The notes beneath the pieces were generated by a model that was not told the origin of the DNA, ran no database searches, and saw only the letters and a list, made by a program, of their open reading frames with translations. Source: Chloroflexia bacterium (GTDB taxonomy: Bacteria; Chloroflexota; Chloroflexia; DTKN01). From it: a stretch of 64,000 nt of DNA. Each line of letters starts with the position of its first letter. Position 1 is the first letter of the stretch. The stretch lies in assembly GCA_034436115.1 (NCBI GenBank), contig DAOTVY010000064.1, forward strand, positions 21,235-85,234. The letters run 5' to 3'. The position numbers were made by a program, and so were the translations under genes. Of the stretch, positions 50,512-58,754 are shown piece after piece.

Positions 50512-50860
50512 TGCCCGGGAGGTCGTGGCCGCGGTACAGCGTTGGGCGGAGCGTAAAGCCCGGGAACACCCGGAGGTCGTGCGGATCGGGTACCTGGGTT
50601 CTTACGCGCGCGGCGATTGGGGTGTCGGCAGCGATGTGGATCTGCTGATCCTTGTCGAGCATTCTGGTGTTCCCTTCGAAGGCCGCGGTGCCCAATGGGC
50701 ACCGGACGAACTACCCGTTCCGGCCGACGTGCTGGTCTATACGCTGGCCGAGTGGCAATCCCTTCCCCGGGAGGGGCGGTTCTATCGCACCGTGATGCGC
50801 GAGGCGGTGTGGGTTTGGGAGCGCGGCACCGGAGAATCCCGGGGGCAACCCGAGGAGTGA
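50468..50860 (+). CDS. Minimal nucleotidyltransferase (MNT; putative antitoxin partner of HEPN)
   Basis: GSYARGDWGVGSDVDLLIL is the GS-x9-DxD polymerase-beta-like NTase motif. It overlaps the HEPN gene 3' end. Confidence 0.7.
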   Translation: MPVRSLSSSVLKWPDAREVVAAVQRWAERKAREHPEVVRIGYLGSYARGDWGVGSDVDLLILVEHSGVPFEGRGAQWAPDELPVPADVLVYTLAEWQSLPREGRFYRTVMREAVWVWERGTGESRGQPEE

Positions 50861-50876
50861 ACAAGGAGCATACCCG

Positions 50877-51707
50877 ATGTCCAATCCGTTCTTGCCCTTT
50901 GTCGGTACCCTGACTGAAGTGCGTGACCTGGCGCTCGGCATCCGGTTGCTGCGGGTGCGGCTGGAGGACGAGGCCGGCCGGGCGGCCTTTGCGGACTATC
51001 GGCCGGGGCAGTTCGCCTTCCTTTCCGCCTTTGGCGTGGGCGAAGTGCCCTTTGGGTTGGCATCGACGCCGGCGCGGAGCGCGGAATTGGAGTTTGCTGT
51101 CGCCCGCGTGGGCACGGTGACCTCTGCCCTGCACAACCTGGAGGTAGGGGCGCCGGTGGGCGTGCGCGGGCCTATGGGCAACTCCTTCCCGATGGAGGAG
51201 TTCCGCGGCCGGAACCTGGTGATCATCGGCGGGGGCATCGGTTTTGCACCGCTTCGCCCGGTGATCCAGTACGCGCTCGACCACCGCGCCGACTACGGCC
51301 ACCTCACCATCCTGGCCGCGGCCCGCGCCCCCAACCTCCTGGTGTTCCGCGAGGAGTACGAAGAGTGGGCCTCGGCGCCCGATACCGAGTTGCACGTGAC
51401 CGTGGACGTGGGGGACGAGACCTGGACGGGGAACGTAGGCCTGGTAACCGAACTGCAGGCCAAGGTGGCTCCGTCGCCGGATAACGCCATCGCGATCACC
51501 TGTGGCCCGCCGATCATGATCAAGTTTGTGGTACAGCTGTTGCAGAAGCAGGGATTTGCCCCGGAGCAGATCTACACCACGCTCGAGATGAAGATGAAGT
51601 GCGGCCTGGGGAAATGTGGCCGCTGTAACATCGGCGAGCGCTACGTCTGTGTGGACGGGCCGGTCTTTAGCCACGCCCAGATCCTGCAGTTCATCGATTC
51701 CTTCTAG
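50877..51707 (+). CDS. FAD/NAD(P)-binding oxidoreductase with C-terminal [2Fe-2S], paralog of hydrogenase gamma (FlxA-like)
   Basis: Same architecture as the 39395 gene. The C-terminus is CGLGKCGRCNIGERYVCVDGPVF. Confidence 0.8.
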   Translation: MSNPFLPFVGTLTEVRDLALGIRLLRVRLEDEAGRAAFADYRPGQFAFLSAFGVGEVPFGLASTPARSAELEFAVARVGTVTSALHNLEVGAPVGVRGPMGNSFPMEEFRGRNLVIIGGGIGFAPLRPVIQYALDHRADYGHLTILAAARAPNLLVFREEYEEWASAPDTELHVTVDVGDETWTGNVGLVTELQAKVAPSPDNAIAITCGPPIMIKFVVQLLQKQGFAPEQIYTTLEMKMKCGLGKCGRCNIGERYVCVDGPVFSHAQILQFIDSF

Positions 51708-51933
51708 GGTGTTTGGGGCAATGGGGCCGGTGCCCAAGCCGCCCGCCCCAACCCTCTTTTGCTTCTCCCAAACGGGGGCTGGCACGGACCGCATTGCCCC
51801 CCGAACCTCTTTGCGCCCGGGGTGAGGCCGAAACACCCTGGCGGAGTTTCCTCTTGCGACGGGTTGCTCAAGGCTACTTCTCACCCCAGAGCGGGTGATC
51901 CACCGCGGATAGCCGCCGGACCCCTAAAGCCGT

Positions 51934-51962
51934 TTGACGGTCTTCCATGTATCTGTTAAGAT
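51934..51962 (+). promoter_or_regulatory. Putative promoter TTGACG-17-TAAGAT for the PAS/GAF kinase operon
   Basis: Hexamers with 17-nt spacing in a 340-bp intergenic region. Confidence 0.4.
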
Positions 51963-52047
51963 GTTTTGGGAGGCGGCGTGGAGCAAGACGATCTTTCACT
52001 AGCGGAGTTCTGGGACTGGGTAAGGCATCGGCTGTAAGGCTTGATAG

Positions 52048-54207
52048 ATGCCGCGAGGGGAAATGTGCCCGGGTGAGGACCCCTATCCTCGACAGCTGTG
52101 GCTGCAGCAGCTTGAGTTCATCGTCAACCGGAGCCCTGCGGTTGCCTTCCTGTGGCGCGCCGAGCCGCGCTGGCCGGTAGAGTTCGTTTCCGAGAACGTG
52201 CGCCAGTTCGGTTATACGGTCGAGGAGTTCCTGTCCGGTTCCCTGCTCTACGGCGATATCATCCACCCGGACGATCTTCCACGCGTCGTGGATGAGGTGG
52301 AGCGCTATACCTGCGAGGGACGCAGCGAATTCCTTCAGGAGTACCGCATCTTGACCCGCTCGGGCGAGCTGCGCTGGGTGGACGACCATACCTGGGTGCG
52401 CCGTGGTCCGGACGGCCGCGTGACCCACTACCAGGGGATCGTTCTGGACATCACCGCCCGCAAGCAAGTCGAGTCCGAACTCCAGCGGGAACGGGATCTC
52501 GCGCGCACGCTGATCGAGGCCTCGCCGGCCTTTTTTGTGGCCATCGCTCCGGATGGCCGCACGATCGCCATGAACCGGACGATGCTCGAAGCGCTAGGCT
52601 ATAGGGCCGAAGAGGTGCAAGGGACCGACTACCTGAATACCTTTGTCCCCCTGGAGGACCGCCCCTTGCTGGCCCGCGTGTTTGAGCAGCTGGCGCAAGC
52701 GCGGGTGCCCACAGTCAACCAGAATCGGGTGCTCACCCGCGACGGACGGATGCTCTGGGTCGAATGGCATGGTACGCCGGTGCTGCGCGCGGATGGGACG
52801 CTGGACTATTTCTTCGGCCTCGGGATCGACGTCACCGAGCGCAAGAAGGCACAAGAGGAGCTCGAGCGACGCTACCGTACCTTAAGCCTGCTGAACCGTC
52901 TGGGCACGGCTCTGGGATCGACGCTGGAGCTGCCCGAGATCTACCGGATCGCCTACGAGCATGTTTCCCAGATGGTGGATTGCGCCAACTTTTGCATCTC
53001 GCTTTACGACCCGGCGGAGCGCGTGCTGCGGGCAGGCTTTGTACTGAGCGACGGCCAACCCTTGGACCCTTCCCTCTTTCCTCCGCTGCGGATCGAGGAA
53101 GGTGAGAGGCTCGCGGGGCGGGCGCGTGCGCTGCTCAGCGGGCAGGTGGAAATGGTGGAGGACCTGGAGCGAGCACGCGCTGCTGCGCGCCAGGCGGGGG
53201 AACCAGTGCACCTGGTGGGGGAGGGGGAGGAGCCGCTTTCGGCGGTCTATGTCCCGATGTGGGTCGCGGGGCAGGTGCTCGGCCTCCTGGAGCTGCAGAG
53301 CTACCGCCGGCACGCCTATCGCGAGGAGGATGTCGCCCTGCTTGCTCCGGTGGCCAATCAGATCGGGCTCGCCCTGGCCAACGCACGCCTCTACGAGCAG
53401 GTGCGCCAGCAGGCCCGCGAGCTGGAGCAACGGGTAGCGGAGCGCACGGCACAGTTGCAGGCGGCGAACCAGGAGCTGGAAGCCTTTACGTACACCGTCT
53501 CCCACGACCTGCGGGCCCCGCTGCGGGCCGTCGCGGGATTCTCGCGCCTTCTCGAGGAGGCCTACGGCGATCGCCTGGACGACAACGGGCGTCATTACCT
53601 GGACGAGATCCACAAGCAGGTGGGACACATGGAACGGCTGCTTTCCGGCCTCTTGGCGTTCTCCCGCCTGACCCGGCAGCCGCTGCGCTTGGAGACAGTT
53701 CCTTTGCGGGAGGTGGTGGAGTCGGCATGGCAGGAGCTCGCCCCGGAACGGGAGGGCCGGCAGGTCGAGCTGGTCGTGGGGGACCTCCCGGTTTGCCAGG
53801 GGGATCCGCTGTTGCTGCAGCAGCTCTTCGTCAACCTGCTTTCCAACGCCCTGAAGTTCACCCGGCCCCGCGAGGTGGCACGGATTGAGGTGGGTTGTAA
53901 GGAGATGGGCGCGCCGGGTGCCCCTGGGCAACCGGTGTTCTACGTTCGCGACAATGGCGTTGGTTTTGACATGCGCTACGCCAAGGGGTTGTTCGGCGTC
54001 TTTCAGCGGCTGCATCGGGAAGAAGAGTTCGAGGGGACGGGCGTGGGGCTGGCCATTGCGCGGCGGATTGTCCAGCGGCACGGGGGGGAGATCTGGGCAC
54101 AGGGGGAAGTAGGCCAAGGGGCGACCTTTTCCTTTACCCTGGGAGGTGAACACCATGTCAGCCATCGAGACGGCGGACATCCTGCTCGTGGAGGACAGAG
54201 AGAGTGA
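52048..54207 (+). CDS. Cytoplasmic sensor histidine kinase with two PAS domains, GAF, HisKA and HATPase_c
   Basis: H-box FTYTVSHDLRAPLRAVAGFSRLL, with N/G1/G2 boxes. No TM segments. Confidence 0.85.
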   Translation: MPRGEMCPGEDPYPRQLWLQQLEFIVNRSPAVAFLWRAEPRWPVEFVSENVRQFGYTVEEFLSGSLLYGDIIHPDDLPRVVDEVERYTCEGRSEFLQEYRILTRSGELRWVDDHTWVRRGPDGRVTHYQGIVLDITARKQVESELQRERDLARTLIEASPAFFVAIAPDGRTIAMNRTMLEALGYRAEEVQGTDYLNTFVPLEDRPLLARVFEQLAQARVPTVNQNRVLTRDGRMLWVEWHGTPVLRADGTLDYFFGLGIDVTERKKAQEELERRYRTLSLLNRLGTALGSTLELPEIYRIAYEHVSQMVDCANFCISLYDPAERVLRAGFVLSDGQPLDPSLFPPLRIEEGERLAGRARALLSGQVEMVEDLERARAAARQAGEPVHLVGEGEEPLSAVYVPMWVAGQVLGLLELQSYRRHAYREEDVALLAPVANQIGLALANARLYEQVRQQARELEQRVAERTAQLQAANQELEAFTYTVSHDLRAPLRAVAGFSRLLEEAYGDRLDDNGRHYLDEIHKQVGHMERLLSGLLAFSRLTRQPLRLETVPLREVVESAWQELAPEREGRQVELVVGDLPVCQGDPLLLQQLFVNLLSNALKFTRPREVARIEVGCKEMGAPGAPGQPVFYVRDNGVGFDMRYAKGLFGVFQRLHREEEFEGTGVGLAIARRIVQRHGGEIWAQGEVGQGATFSFTLGGEHHVSHRDGGHPARGGQRE

Positions 54208-54607
54208 TGCCGAACTTGCCCTCCGGGTATGGACACGGGAACGGTTGAGCGAGCGCGTTCGGGTCGCGCGCGACGGTCCGGAAGCCCTGGAGTACCTCTC
54301 GGCCTGTGCGGAGGCAAATGGGTTGCCGAGGGTGGTGGTATTGGACCTGAAGTTGCCCCGCATGCATGGCCTGGAGGTACTGCGTCGCATCCGCGAGGAC
54401 ATGCGCACCGTTTACCTCCCCGTGGTCGTGTTGAGTTCCTCCTCCGAAGAGGCCGACATCGCCGGGAGCTACCAGGCGGGCGCGAACAGCTATGTGGTGA
54501 AACCGGTGATCTACGATCGGTTCGCCGAGATCGTGCGCGAGGTAGGGCACTACTGGCTTTGCGTGAACCGGTTGCCTCGCCCGGAGTGGGCCCGCGGTCA
54601 GCGCTGA
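54155..54607 (+). CDS. Single-domain response-regulator receiver
   Basis: ATG (MSAIET) 6 nt after GGGAGGTG. ILLVEDRESDAELA...VVVLDLKLP...KPV. Confidence 0.8.
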   Translation: MSAIETADILLVEDRESDAELALRVWTRERLSERVRVARDGPEALEYLSACAEANGLPRVVVLDLKLPRMHGLEVLRRIREDMRTVYLPVVVLSSSSEEADIAGSYQAGANSYVVKPVIYDRFAEIVREVGHYWLCVNRLPRPEWARGQR

Positions 54608-54630
54608 TCTTGGTGGCTCGGAGGTGTGGA

Positions 54631-56031
54631 ATGGCCACTCCCTTACGGGTGCTGATTCTAGAGGATCGGGAGGCGGATGCGGAGCTTCTGGCGCTGGAGC
54701 TGAGCCGGGCCGGCTTTGCCCCCGAGTGGACCCGGGTAAGCAGCGAAGCGGAGTACCTGGCCGAGTTGGAGAAGGGCTATGATGTGATCCTGGCCGACTA
54801 CCGCCTGCCCCAGTTCGACGGGCTACAGGCGCTTCAGTTGATGCAGGAGCGCGGCCTGGATATCCCCTTTGTGCTGGTCTCGGGGACGATCGGTGAGGAT
54901 CTGGCCGTGGAGGCGATGAAGCGGGGAGCGGCCGACTACCTGCTCAAGGACCGGCTGGCACGCCTGGGAGCGGCGGTTGCCCGCGCTCTAGAAGAAAAGC
55001 AACTGCGCGAGGCCAGGCAGCGAGCGGAGGCATCGTTGCGCGAGGCCGAGGCGCGCTACCGCACCCTGTTCGAGGGGATGCCCATCGGGCTATACCGCAC
55101 CAGTCCAGACGGCCGTATCCTGGAGGTGAACGCGGCGCTGGCCCAGATGCTGGGGTTGCCGGACCGGGAAAGCGTGTTCGCGCACTACCGGCGTGCCGAG
55201 GAATTCTACGTCCATCCGGAAGAACGGGCGCGGTGGAAGGCTTGGATCGAGCGCACGGGTGTGGTTCGGCAGTATGTGGCGCAGTGGCGGCGGGCCGACG
55301 GCTCGGCCATCTGGGTGAGGGAGAGCGCGCGGGCGATCCGCGACGGGCGGGGGGAGACGGTCTACTACGACGGTGCGGTGGAGGACATCACCGCGCTGGT
55401 GCTGGCGGAGGAGGAGCGGCAGCGCACCCTGGAGCGGCTGCGGCGGATGGTGGAGGGGACGGTGCGCGCCCTGTCGGCCACGGCGGAGTATCGGGATCCC
55501 TACACGGCTGGCCACCAGCGACGGGTGGCGCGGCTGGCGGCGGCGATCGCCCGTGAGATGGGGCTTTCCCCCGAACAGGTCGAAGGGGTGGAGGTGGCCG
55601 GCATCGTGCACGACATCGGCAAATCCACCGTGCCTACGGAGATCCTGAGCAAACCCGGGCGCCTTTCGCCCGAGGAGATGGCCCTGGTACGGATGCATCC
55701 GAGGGCGAGCTTCGAGATCTTGCGCAAGATCGAGTTCCCCTGGCCGGTGGCGCTCGTTTCCCTGCAGCACCACGAACGGCTCGACGGTTCGGGCTATCCG
55801 GAGGGACTGGCTGGGGAACAGATCCTCCTGGAAGCGCGCATCCTGGCGGTGGCCGACGTGGTGGAGGCGATGTCCTCCCACCGTCCTTACCGGGCAGCGC
55901 TGGGGCTGGAGCGAGCTTTGGAGGAAGTCCGGACCCAGCGCGGCATCCTCTTCGAGCCGCAGGCTGTGGACGCCTGCCTTCGCCTCTTTGCGACGGGGTT
56001 CAAGCTCGATGAGCCCAACGGGCGGGACTGA
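54631..56031 (+). CDS. Response regulator REC-PAS-HD-GYP (putative c-di-GMP phosphodiesterase)
   Basis: VLILEDREADAELL receiver, a PAS core and the HD-GYP signature HDIGKS...HHERLDGSGYPEGL. Confidence 0.8.
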   Translation: MATPLRVLILEDREADAELLALELSRAGFAPEWTRVSSEAEYLAELEKGYDVILADYRLPQFDGLQALQLMQERGLDIPFVLVSGTIGEDLAVEAMKRGAADYLLKDRLARLGAAVARALEEKQLREARQRAEASLREAEARYRTLFEGMPIGLYRTSPDGRILEVNAALAQMLGLPDRESVFAHYRRAEEFYVHPEERARWKAWIERTGVVRQYVAQWRRADGSAIWVRESARAIRDGRGETVYYDGAVEDITALVLAEEERQRTLERLRRMVEGTVRALSATAEYRDPYTAGHQRRVARLAAAIAREMGLSPEQVEGVEVAGIVHDIGKSTVPTEILSKPGRLSPEEMALVRMHPRASFEILRKIEFPWPVALVSLQHHERLDGSGYPEGLAGEQILLEARILAVADVVEAMSSHRPYRAALGLERALEEVRTQRGILFEPQAVDACLRLFATGFKLDEPNGRD

Positions 56032-56043
56032 CGGAATCCGTCA
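56029..56043. promoter_or_regulatory. Perfect 15-bp palindrome TGACGGAATCCGTCA (copy 1 of 3)
   Basis: Begins with the stop codon of the HD-GYP gene. It lies 47 nt upstream of the TTGACA-17-TAACAT promoter (56090-56118). Confidence 0.5.
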
Positions 56044-56089
56044 ATATTGGTCTCTATGTTGCCCCTTTGGGTCGTTATTTTGCATCTGC

Positions 56090-56118
56090 TTGACAGATTT
56101 CGTTTCCTATGCTAACAT
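56090..56118 (+). promoter_or_regulatory. Promoter TTGACA-17-TAACAT for the AsnC-REC / GcvH-kinase genes
   Basis: Consensus -35 with 17-nt spacing in an AT-rich tract. Confidence 0.55.
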
Positions 56119-56159
56119 GAGTTCAGATATCGTGACCGGTCGCACAAGGAAGTGCCCGA

Positions 56160-57017
56160 ATGTATCGCCTGGATGCCCTGGACCGCCAGATCATTCTACA
56201 TTTGCAGCGCGACGGGCGTATTCCCTATGTAGAGTTAGCTCGTTTGGTAGGGGTAAGTGAGGCTACTGTCCGGAGGCGGGTAGAGCGTCTGATTGCGGAA
56301 GGGGTGATCGAGGTTGTCGCCTGTGTCGAGCCGCGCAAGGTGGGGCTGGGAGTCGAAGCGCTGGTCTACCTCCAGGCAGAGTTGGACAAGCTGACGCACA
56401 TCGGCCAGACCCTGGCGGCCATGCCGGAGGTGCGGGAGGTGATTTACACTTCCGGGGCGCACGATCTGGTGCTGCGGGTGGCGCTGGCCTCGAACGATGA
56501 CCTTTTGCCCTTCCTGACCCGCCGGGTGGCGACGATTCCGGGAGTCAAGGCGACCCAAACCTCCTACGTTCTGCAGACGGAAAAGCACATCCACGATTGG
56601 CAGCTGCCGGAGCGGCCGGTGGCTCCGCAGCCATCTCAGGCCCGGCCCTTGATCCTGGTGGTGGATGACGACGCCGACTTTTGTGCTGCGGCCAGCATGG
56701 TGCTGGAAGCTGAGGGCTATCAAGTGATGGCCTCCTGCAATGGGCGAGAGGCAAAGGCCATATTGCAGGAGCAGACGCCAGCGCTGATCCTGCTGGATCT
56801 CATGATGGAGACGCCACTGGCCGGGCTGGAGGTATTGCAGGCCGTACGGGACGACCCACGTCTCTGTGGGATCCCTGTGCTGGCCATTTCGGCTATTCGC
56901 TCGAGCGAATGGGCAAGCGCCATCCCATCGCCGGAACAGCTGCCTTTCGACGGCTTTGTGGACAAGCCGATCGAGCCAGGGCTGCTCCTGGAGAAGGTGC
57001 ACCGACTGGTCGGCTAG
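56160..57017 (+). CDS. Lrp/AsnC-family transcriptional regulator (HTH + RAM domain) fused to a C-terminal receiver-like domain
   Basis: The N-terminus LDRQIILHLQRDGRIPYVELARLVGVSEATVRRRV is an AsnC HTH. The C-terminus LILVVDDDADF...ILLDLMME...KPI is REC-like. Confidence 0.75.
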   Translation: MYRLDALDRQIILHLQRDGRIPYVELARLVGVSEATVRRRVERLIAEGVIEVVACVEPRKVGLGVEALVYLQAELDKLTHIGQTLAAMPEVREVIYTSGAHDLVLRVALASNDDLLPFLTRRVATIPGVKATQTSYVLQTEKHIHDWQLPERPVAPQPSQARPLILVVDDDADFCAAASMVLEAEGYQVMASCNGREAKAILQEQTPALILLDLMMETPLAGLEVLQAVRDDPRLCGIPVLAISAIRSSEWASAIPSPEQLPFDGFVDKPIEPGLLLEKVHRLVG

Positions 57018-57035
57018 CTGCCCCTGGGGAAAGCG

Positions 57036-58754
57036 GTGCAAATCGAGCGCTACCATTTCCCGGAGGATCGTTTCTACGACCGCCAGCACAATTGGGTGCG
57101 AATCGAAGACGGCCTGGTCGTTCAGGGATTGTCCGACTATGCCCGCCAGTCCAGAGGGCCGGTGCTTTGCCTGGATCTGCCTCGCCCTGGGCGATGGGTC
57201 GCGCGGGGTGAACCGTTGACAGTTCTGGAGGCGGAGCAAGGGATCATCCGCGTCCTTGCGGCTGTCAGCGGCGAGGTGGTGGCGATCAACGAGCAGCTAC
57301 GCGACAATGCCGGCCTGGTGTACGAGGATCCCTACGAAGCGGGCTGGCTGGTGAAACTCTGTCCCACCTCTCCCGAGGAGCTCGCGCAGTTGACCCGCCC
57401 GGACGATCCGGCATTCAAGGAGTGGTTCCTGGTCTGCCTTTCTGGGGAGATCTCGCGCCAACTGGGCCGCCCGGAACGGGAGGTGCTCTCCCTGCGGCGG
57501 GACCTGGAGCGTGCCTATCATCGGCTGGAAACGCTTTACCAGATCGGCCGGGCCACGACCTCGACGATCCATCTGGAGCAAGTGCTGCAAATGGTCGTTC
57601 GTCTGACTGCCGAGGCGCTTGACGCCAAGGGATGCTCCATTCGCCTTCTGGACGATAGTGGCCAAATCTTGCGGATTGTAGCGGCCTGGGGTCTGAGTGA
57701 TCAGTATCTGCAGAAGGGACCGGTGGAGGTACGGCACAGCCTGATCGATCAGGAAGCACTCCGGGGCAAGCCGGTGATCGTGCTGGAAGCGCCTTTGGAT
57801 CCCCGGTTCCAGTACCCGGAAGAGATCGAGCGAGAGGGCATCTGTTCCGTCCTGTGCTGTCCGCTGATGGTACGGGGGCAAGCCATTGGCGTGATCCGGA
57901 TCTACAGCGCGGCCTGCTATCGCTACGGCCAGGAGGAAGCCGACTTCTTGATGACGATTGCCAGCGAGGTGGCGGTGGCGATCGCGAACGCGATGGCCTA
58001 CCGGAAGCTGGAAGAGATCGACCGGGCCAAGTCCCAGTTTGTCCTCACGGTTACCCATGAGCTTCGCTCGCCTGTGGCCACGGTACAGAGCCTCCTGCGG
58101 GTCATTTCGGGCGGGTATGCAGGCCAGGTATCCTCCAAGCAAAAGGAACTGATCGAGCGGGCCGAACGCCGGATCCTCTTCCTGCAGCAGCTGATCGACG
58201 ACCTTCTGGACCTCGCTGCGGGGAAAACGGAACATCTCACGGAGACCCCGCGACCGGTGACGGTGAATCCGGTTGTGACCAAAGTGGTCGCCCAATTGCG
58301 CCCGGTGGCCGAGGAAAAGTCGTTGGATCTGCGGGTCTATGTACCCCACGAGGCCCTTTCCGTCCTCGCTGTAGAGGACGGAATGGAGCGCATCGTGGTC
58401 AACCTGGTGGGCAATGCGATCAAGTACACGCTTCCCGGGGGGCGCGTCGAGGTCACCCTGGAGCGCCGCGGGAACGAGGCCGTGTTGATCGTGTCCGATA
58501 CCGGCATTGGTATCCCGCAGGATGCGCTGCCCCATCTGTTCGAGGAGTTCTTTCGGGCGGAGAATGCCCGGGCGATCGAGCGGGAAGGTACCGGCCTGGG
58601 CCTTTCGATCGTCAAGAACCTGGTCGAGCGGTACGGAGGCAGGATCGCAGTGGAAAGCCAGCTGGGCCAAGGGTCGACCTTCACCGTGCGCTTCCCGCTC
58701 CTGGGGACCGGAACGGTCGATGGCGGAATTCGTAAGGAAACGTCATTATCATGA
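57036..58754 (+). CDS. Histidine kinase with N-terminal glycine-cleavage H-protein (GcvH)-like domain lacking the lipoyl-lysine, followed by GAF, HisKA and HATPase_c
   Basis: The N-terminus YDRQHNWVRIEDGLVVQGLSDYA...AVSGEVVAINEQL...EDPYEAGWLVKL matches the GcvH fold, with ESVK replaced by EAEQ. H-box TVTHELRSPVATV. Confidence 0.75.
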   Translation: MQIERYHFPEDRFYDRQHNWVRIEDGLVVQGLSDYARQSRGPVLCLDLPRPGRWVARGEPLTVLEAEQGIIRVLAAVSGEVVAINEQLRDNAGLVYEDPYEAGWLVKLCPTSPEELAQLTRPDDPAFKEWFLVCLSGEISRQLGRPEREVLSLRRDLERAYHRLETLYQIGRATTSTIHLEQVLQMVVRLTAEALDAKGCSIRLLDDSGQILRIVAAWGLSDQYLQKGPVEVRHSLIDQEALRGKPVIVLEAPLDPRFQYPEEIEREGICSVLCCPLMVRGQAIGVIRIYSAACYRYGQEEADFLMTIASEVAVAIANAMAYRKLEEIDRAKSQFVLTVTHELRSPVATVQSLLRVISGGYAGQVSSKQKELIERAERRILFLQQLIDDLLDLAAGKTEHLTETPRPVTVNPVVTKVVAQLRPVAEEKSLDLRVYVPHEALSVLAVEDGMERIVVNLVGNAIKYTLPGGRVEVTLERRGNEAVLIVSDTGIGIPQDALPHLFEEFFRAENARAIEREGTGLGLSIVKNLVERYGGRIAVESQLGQGSTFTVRFPLLGTGTVDGGIRKETSLS

